64,000 nt of DNA from Felis catus (lineage: Eukaryota). Every line of letters starts with the position of its first letter. Position 1 is the stretch's first letter. Under the pieces are notes generated by a model, which did not search any database, was not told where the DNA came from, and worked only from the letters and a program-made list of their open reading frames with translations. Positions 61,301 through 64,000 of the stretch are shown in pieces. The stretch spans positions 21,082,001 to 21,146,000 of the forward strand of contig NC_058369.1 of NCBI RefSeq assembly GCF_018350175.1, written 5' to 3'. The position numbers and the translations under genes were made by a program.

Positions 61301-63696
61301 AGGCTCCAGGCTCCGAGCCATCAGCCCAGAGCCTGACGCGGGGCTCGAACTCACAGACCGCGAGATCGTGACCTGGCTGAAGTCGGACGCTTAACCGACT
61401 GCGCCACCCAGGCGCCCCACAAAAGAACTTTCTGATGGTGCTGTTGGGGGCAGGGAAGCTAGAATGGGGTGACTGAAAGCAATGAATGGCCCTGCTTGCA
61501 TTTCTTCTGCCTGTCCACTGAGTCTGGGATGGCCTCTGATATTGTGACCCTGAAGTCAAATCTATGCCGGCTGCCCCATTCCCTGTCCCCAGTGCTCCCG
61601 TGGCTTCATCCTGGCTCCCGGCCAGCTCTGCCCCTGTCTTAGCTTTCCTGATCCCATCTCCTCCCTGCAGACTGTGGCTGCGTCCACGGTCTCTGTGACA
61701 ACCGTCCAGGCAGTGGGGGTGTGTGCCAGCGTGGCACATGTGCCCCAGGCTTCAGCGGCCACTTCTGCAATGAGTCCTCTGTGAACTGTGGGCCCACGGA
61801 ACGGGCCCAGAGCTGCCACCTGCACGCCCGCTGTGTTAGCCAGGGAGGCGTTACCAGGTGAGGACTCACGTTTCCCCTCTGCCTTGTCCATTACCATGCA
61901 TGTCAGTTCATTCGGCTTCTGAGCTCTTCCAGAGGCTCACTGGAGGCCTCTTGTTCACTGGCTGCAGGTGTGTCTGTCTCGATGGCTTCGAGGGTGATGG
62001 CTTCTCCTGTACACCCAGCAACCCCTGCTCCCACCCAGACCGTGGTGGCTGCTCAGAAAATGTCAGTCTCACTGTCTCTCTCCTGAAGCCCTGACCCAGG
62101 GGTGGGAGGGTCAGCCCACCATCCTGCAGAGCTGAGTCATTTCATCGTGGCTCTCACAGGCTGAGTGTGTCCCTGGGGCCCTGGGCAACCACCACTGCAC
62201 ATGCCACAAAGGCTGGAGCGGGGACGGCCGTGTCTGTGTGGCCATCGACGAGTGTGAGCTGGATGTGAGAGGTGGTTGTCACGCCGATGCCCTCTGCAGC
62301 TACGTGGGACCTGGGCAGGTGAGGCACAGCAAGCCTAGAGGCAGCAGAGTGGGGCAAGGGGTCTTCATTCTGGGGGTCTCTCACCCCACCCCATCTGGCT
62401 CCATGGGCATCCACTCCCAAGAACTCCAGCTGAGGGTCTCACATCTCAGACACAAGTGAGAATGCAGGTCTGGAATGTTGAGTTGTGTAGTCTAGAAGCA
62501 GCAGACGTGTCCTGGAGACAACATGAAGGCCATGACAGTTTTAAAGGAAGGCGCATTCTAGCACCAGTCCAAGGCTGCCTATTCCCCAAATCAGAAGGCC
62601 GCGGCTCCCATCCCTCGGGATGAGGACTCTCGTAACTGAGTCCACGAGTCCTCTGCTCTTTCTGGCCTCAGGGCCACTGTCTTCTGACCATGAGTTCACT
62701 CATTCACTCACTGGTTTCCCACACGGCACCAGGAGTGTGTTACATGCTAGTCCCTATTCTAGACTTAGGAATTCAAAGCTGAGCAAAGCAGGGGGAGACT
62801 CCTGCCCAAGGAAAGTGGCATCCCCAAATGTTTAGACTCCTGGAAATCCAGCTGTGGAGCTTTGCAGCCTCAGACCCCAGCCACAGGGTCTGAGCATCTG
62901 GAGTTTTCCTTGTGAGGCACATCAGACCCGTGAACCTGAGGACTAGGTGGCACTCAAGTGTCTAGTATGCCGATCGGGAGACCAGGCCTGGCTGGCTCTG
63001 GGTCAGTGTGTGCAGGGACCTTTCTCATGATGGTTGGGGCCACCCGCCTGTGGGGTGTCCATGGCGAGCACCCAGCTGGCTATGAGGGCTGGCACTCTCC
63101 ACTCCACAAGAAGCTACACAATGTTAAAGTCCTGAACCGAGGACCAGAATAAGCAGGTTGAGATTCCCCCAACTTGCAGAGGAGGGCGACTGAGATCTGG
63201 GGAGTGTCACCACTCAGCTGCAGTGGGGACAAGCCCAAGACACAGGCATTCAGTGGGAAGGATCAGAGCAGGGTGGCAGGGTCAGAGGTGGGTCTGTGCC
63301 GCCAGCCCTGGGGCCAGCCTTGCCAACACCTGCCTGCTCACCACACGTTGCTGACCTCTCCCAGGCCTGAGGGCAGAGGGGTACCAAGTCCCCATGGATG
63401 CTTCCCTGCCGATGCCATCACTTCTGTTGGCTCATCTGGAGAGCCAGCCCCCCCTCAGGGCCTCAGAATCCTGATCTGGAGAAGCTCCATGTGTCTGAAC
63501 AAGGCTCCCCAGGACATAAGGCCCATGGACAGCTGGGGAGTGGAGGAGGAGAGGGGCGTGCCCCTGGTGAGATAAGGCCCTCTGCTTCTAACCTCTCCAG
63601 AGCCGGTGCACCTGCAAGCTGGGATTCGCAGGGGATGGCTATGTGTGCAGTCCTATTGACCCCTGCCGGGCAGGCAACGGTGGCTGCCATGACCTG
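49286..63696 (+). CDS. STAB1: Stabilin-1 (CLEVER-1/FEEL-1), exons 1-26; gene continues past the right edge
   Basis: 26 GT-AG exons join in frame (2886 nt, 962 codons): signal peptide [22 protein letters not shown]-like repeats, two fasciclin domains (GPFTVLVPS / [12 protein letters not shown] ... AANGVIHML), second EGF cluster. Confidence 0.98.
50745..50890 (+). mobile_element. MIR SINE fragment
   Basis: aggaaactgaggctccagggggtaaggatgacctgtgggtcacacagccagtgagaggcagaagcaggactcaaac. Confidence 0.7.
53313..53449 (+). CDS. STAB1: STAB1 exon 2
   Basis: 137 nt; [45 protein letters not shown]. Confidence 0.94.
53795..53910 (+). CDS. STAB1: STAB1 exon 3
   Basis: 116 nt; [38 protein letters not shown]. 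Confidence 0.95.
54148..54233 (+). CDS. STAB1: STAB1 exon 4
   Basis: 86 nt; [28 protein letters not shown]. Confidence 0.95.
54303..54372 (+). CDS. STAB1: STAB1 exon 5
   Basis: 70 nt; [23 protein letters not shown]. Confidence 0.95.
54732..54827 (+). CDS. STAB1: STAB1 exon 6
   Basis: 96 nt; [31 protein letters not shown]. Confidence 0.95.
55156..55266 (+). CDS. STAB1: STAB1 exon 7
   Basis: 111 nt; [36 protein letters not shown]. Confidence 0.95.
55348..55574 (-). mobile_element. Carnivore SINE
   Basis: (GA)n tract and head cttaaccgactgagccacccaggcgcccc; flanks share tttaaac. Confidence 0.92.
55754..55950 (+). CDS. STAB1: STAB1 exon 8
   Basis: 197 nt; [35 protein letters not shown]...CLYLRSGK. 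Confidence 0.95.
56199..56329 (+). CDS. STAB1: STAB1 exon 9
   Basis: 131 nt; [43 protein letters not shown]. Confidence 0.95.
56510..56637 (+). CDS. STAB1: STAB1 exon 10
   Basis: 128 nt; [42 protein letters not shown]. Confidence 0.94.
56930..57018 (+). CDS. STAB1: STAB1 exon 11
   Basis: 89 nt; [29 protein letters not shown]. Confidence 0.95.
57217..57354 (+). CDS. STAB1: STAB1 exon 12
   Basis: 138 nt; [46 protein letters not shown]. Confidence 0.95.
57497..57637 (+). CDS. STAB1: STAB1 exon 13 (may start at 57494 via NAGNAG)
   Basis: 141 nt; [47 protein letters not shown]. Confidence 0.92.
57817..57879 (+). CDS. STAB1: STAB1 exon 14
   Basis: 63 nt; [21 protein letters not shown]. Confidence 0.95.
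58160..58273 (+). CDS. STAB1: STAB1 exon 15
   Basis: 114 nt; [38 protein letters not shown]. Confidence 0.95.
58358..58411 (+). CDS. STAB1: STAB1 exon 16
   Basis: 54 nt; [18 protein letters not shown]. Confidence 0.95.
58653..58733 (+). CDS. STAB1: STAB1 exon 17
   Basis: 81 nt; [27 protein letters not shown]. Confidence 0.95.
59181..59339 (+). CDS. STAB1: STAB1 exon 18
   Basis: 159 nt; [53 protein letters not shown]. Confidence 0.95.
59706..59768 (+). CDS. STAB1: STAB1 exon 19
   Basis: 63 nt; [21 protein letters not shown]. Confidence 0.95.
60001..60096 (+). CDS. STAB1: STAB1 exon 20
   Basis: 96 nt; [32 protein letters not shown]. Confidence 0.95.
60286..60372 (+). CDS. STAB1: STAB1 exon 21
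   Basis: 87 nt; [29 protein letters not shown]. Confidence 0.95.
60862..60973 (+). CDS. STAB1: STAB1 exon 22
   Basis: 112 nt; [37 protein letters not shown]. Confidence 0.95.
61205..61418 (-). mobile_element. Young felid SINE (SINEC_Fc-like)
   Basis: Full length, CpG-rich, head (minus) ggggcgcctgggtggcgcagtcggttaagcgtccgacttcagcc; perfect 15-bp TSD acaaaagaactttct at 61190-61204 and 61419-61433. Confidence 0.96.
61671..61857 (+). CDS. STAB1: STAB1 exon 23
   Basis: 187 nt; [35 protein letters not shown]...[14 protein letters not shown]. Confidence 0.95.
61968..62061 (+). CDS. STAB1: STAB1 exon 24
   Basis: 94 nt; [31 protein letters not shown]; donor GTCAGT. Confidence 0.94.
62160..62318 (+). 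CDS. STAB1: STAB1 exon 25
   Basis: 159 nt; [53 protein letters not shown]. Confidence 0.95.
63601..63696 (+). CDS. STAB1: STAB1 exon 26
   Basis: 96 nt; [32 protein letters not shown]. Confidence 0.95.
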
Positions 63697-64000
63697 GTGA
63701 GGGGGCGAGAGGGCTCGGAGCCTGGGGGAGGCTCTCTGGTTGTCCCTGTCTATGGCCAGGATTGGAATCCAAGCCACAAATCCAAACCATGTCACCCCTT
63801 TGTCCACGTATAGAGCTTTCACTTGTTCTTAAGGCCCCAACCCCTGCCCTGCCTCCCGTCTCCTCCCTTGCCCCCTACCCTCTTCTATGCTCTTGTGGCC
63901 TTTTTGAGCCCATTGCTGTCTGTCCCGACTTCATTCTGCTCTAACACCACTGCACCTCTGCCCACGTATTCTGGAAGGCCTCCCAGCTAGCTCCTCCTGC

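Overview
Mammalian genomic DNA, almost certainly a felid (nine tRNA-derived carnivore SINEs, one closely resembling the young cat SINEC_Fc type), covering the conserved SEMA3G-TNNC1-NISCH-STAB1 gene cluster. Walking GT-AG boundaries and reading frame by hand gives: SEMA3G exons 1-4 (minus strand, runs off the left edge); complete TNNC1 (6 exons, 161 aa, minus); complete NISCH (21 exons, 4581 nt CDS, 1526 aa, plus); STAB1 exons 1-26 (plus, runs off the right edge). All four frames are intact. Gene names rest on my recognition of the translated peptides, not a database search; repeat family names and boundaries are approximate. I found no evidence of a new gene or a wholly novel system. Most worth checking: (1) NISCH intron 13 holds a tiny alternative exon (GILGDE-stop) giving a PX+LRR-only isoform, whose stop overlaps a consensus 5' splice site; (2) just upstream, a dense ETS/FOX:ETS/SOX/RBPJ/GATA/TCF motif cluster resembling an endothelial enhancer; (3) a 1.68 kb nearly pure pyrimidine expansion inside a SINE in NISCH intron 3; (4) three in-frame stop-free STAB1 introns; (5) an upstream AUG opening a 111-codon frame overlapping NISCH.
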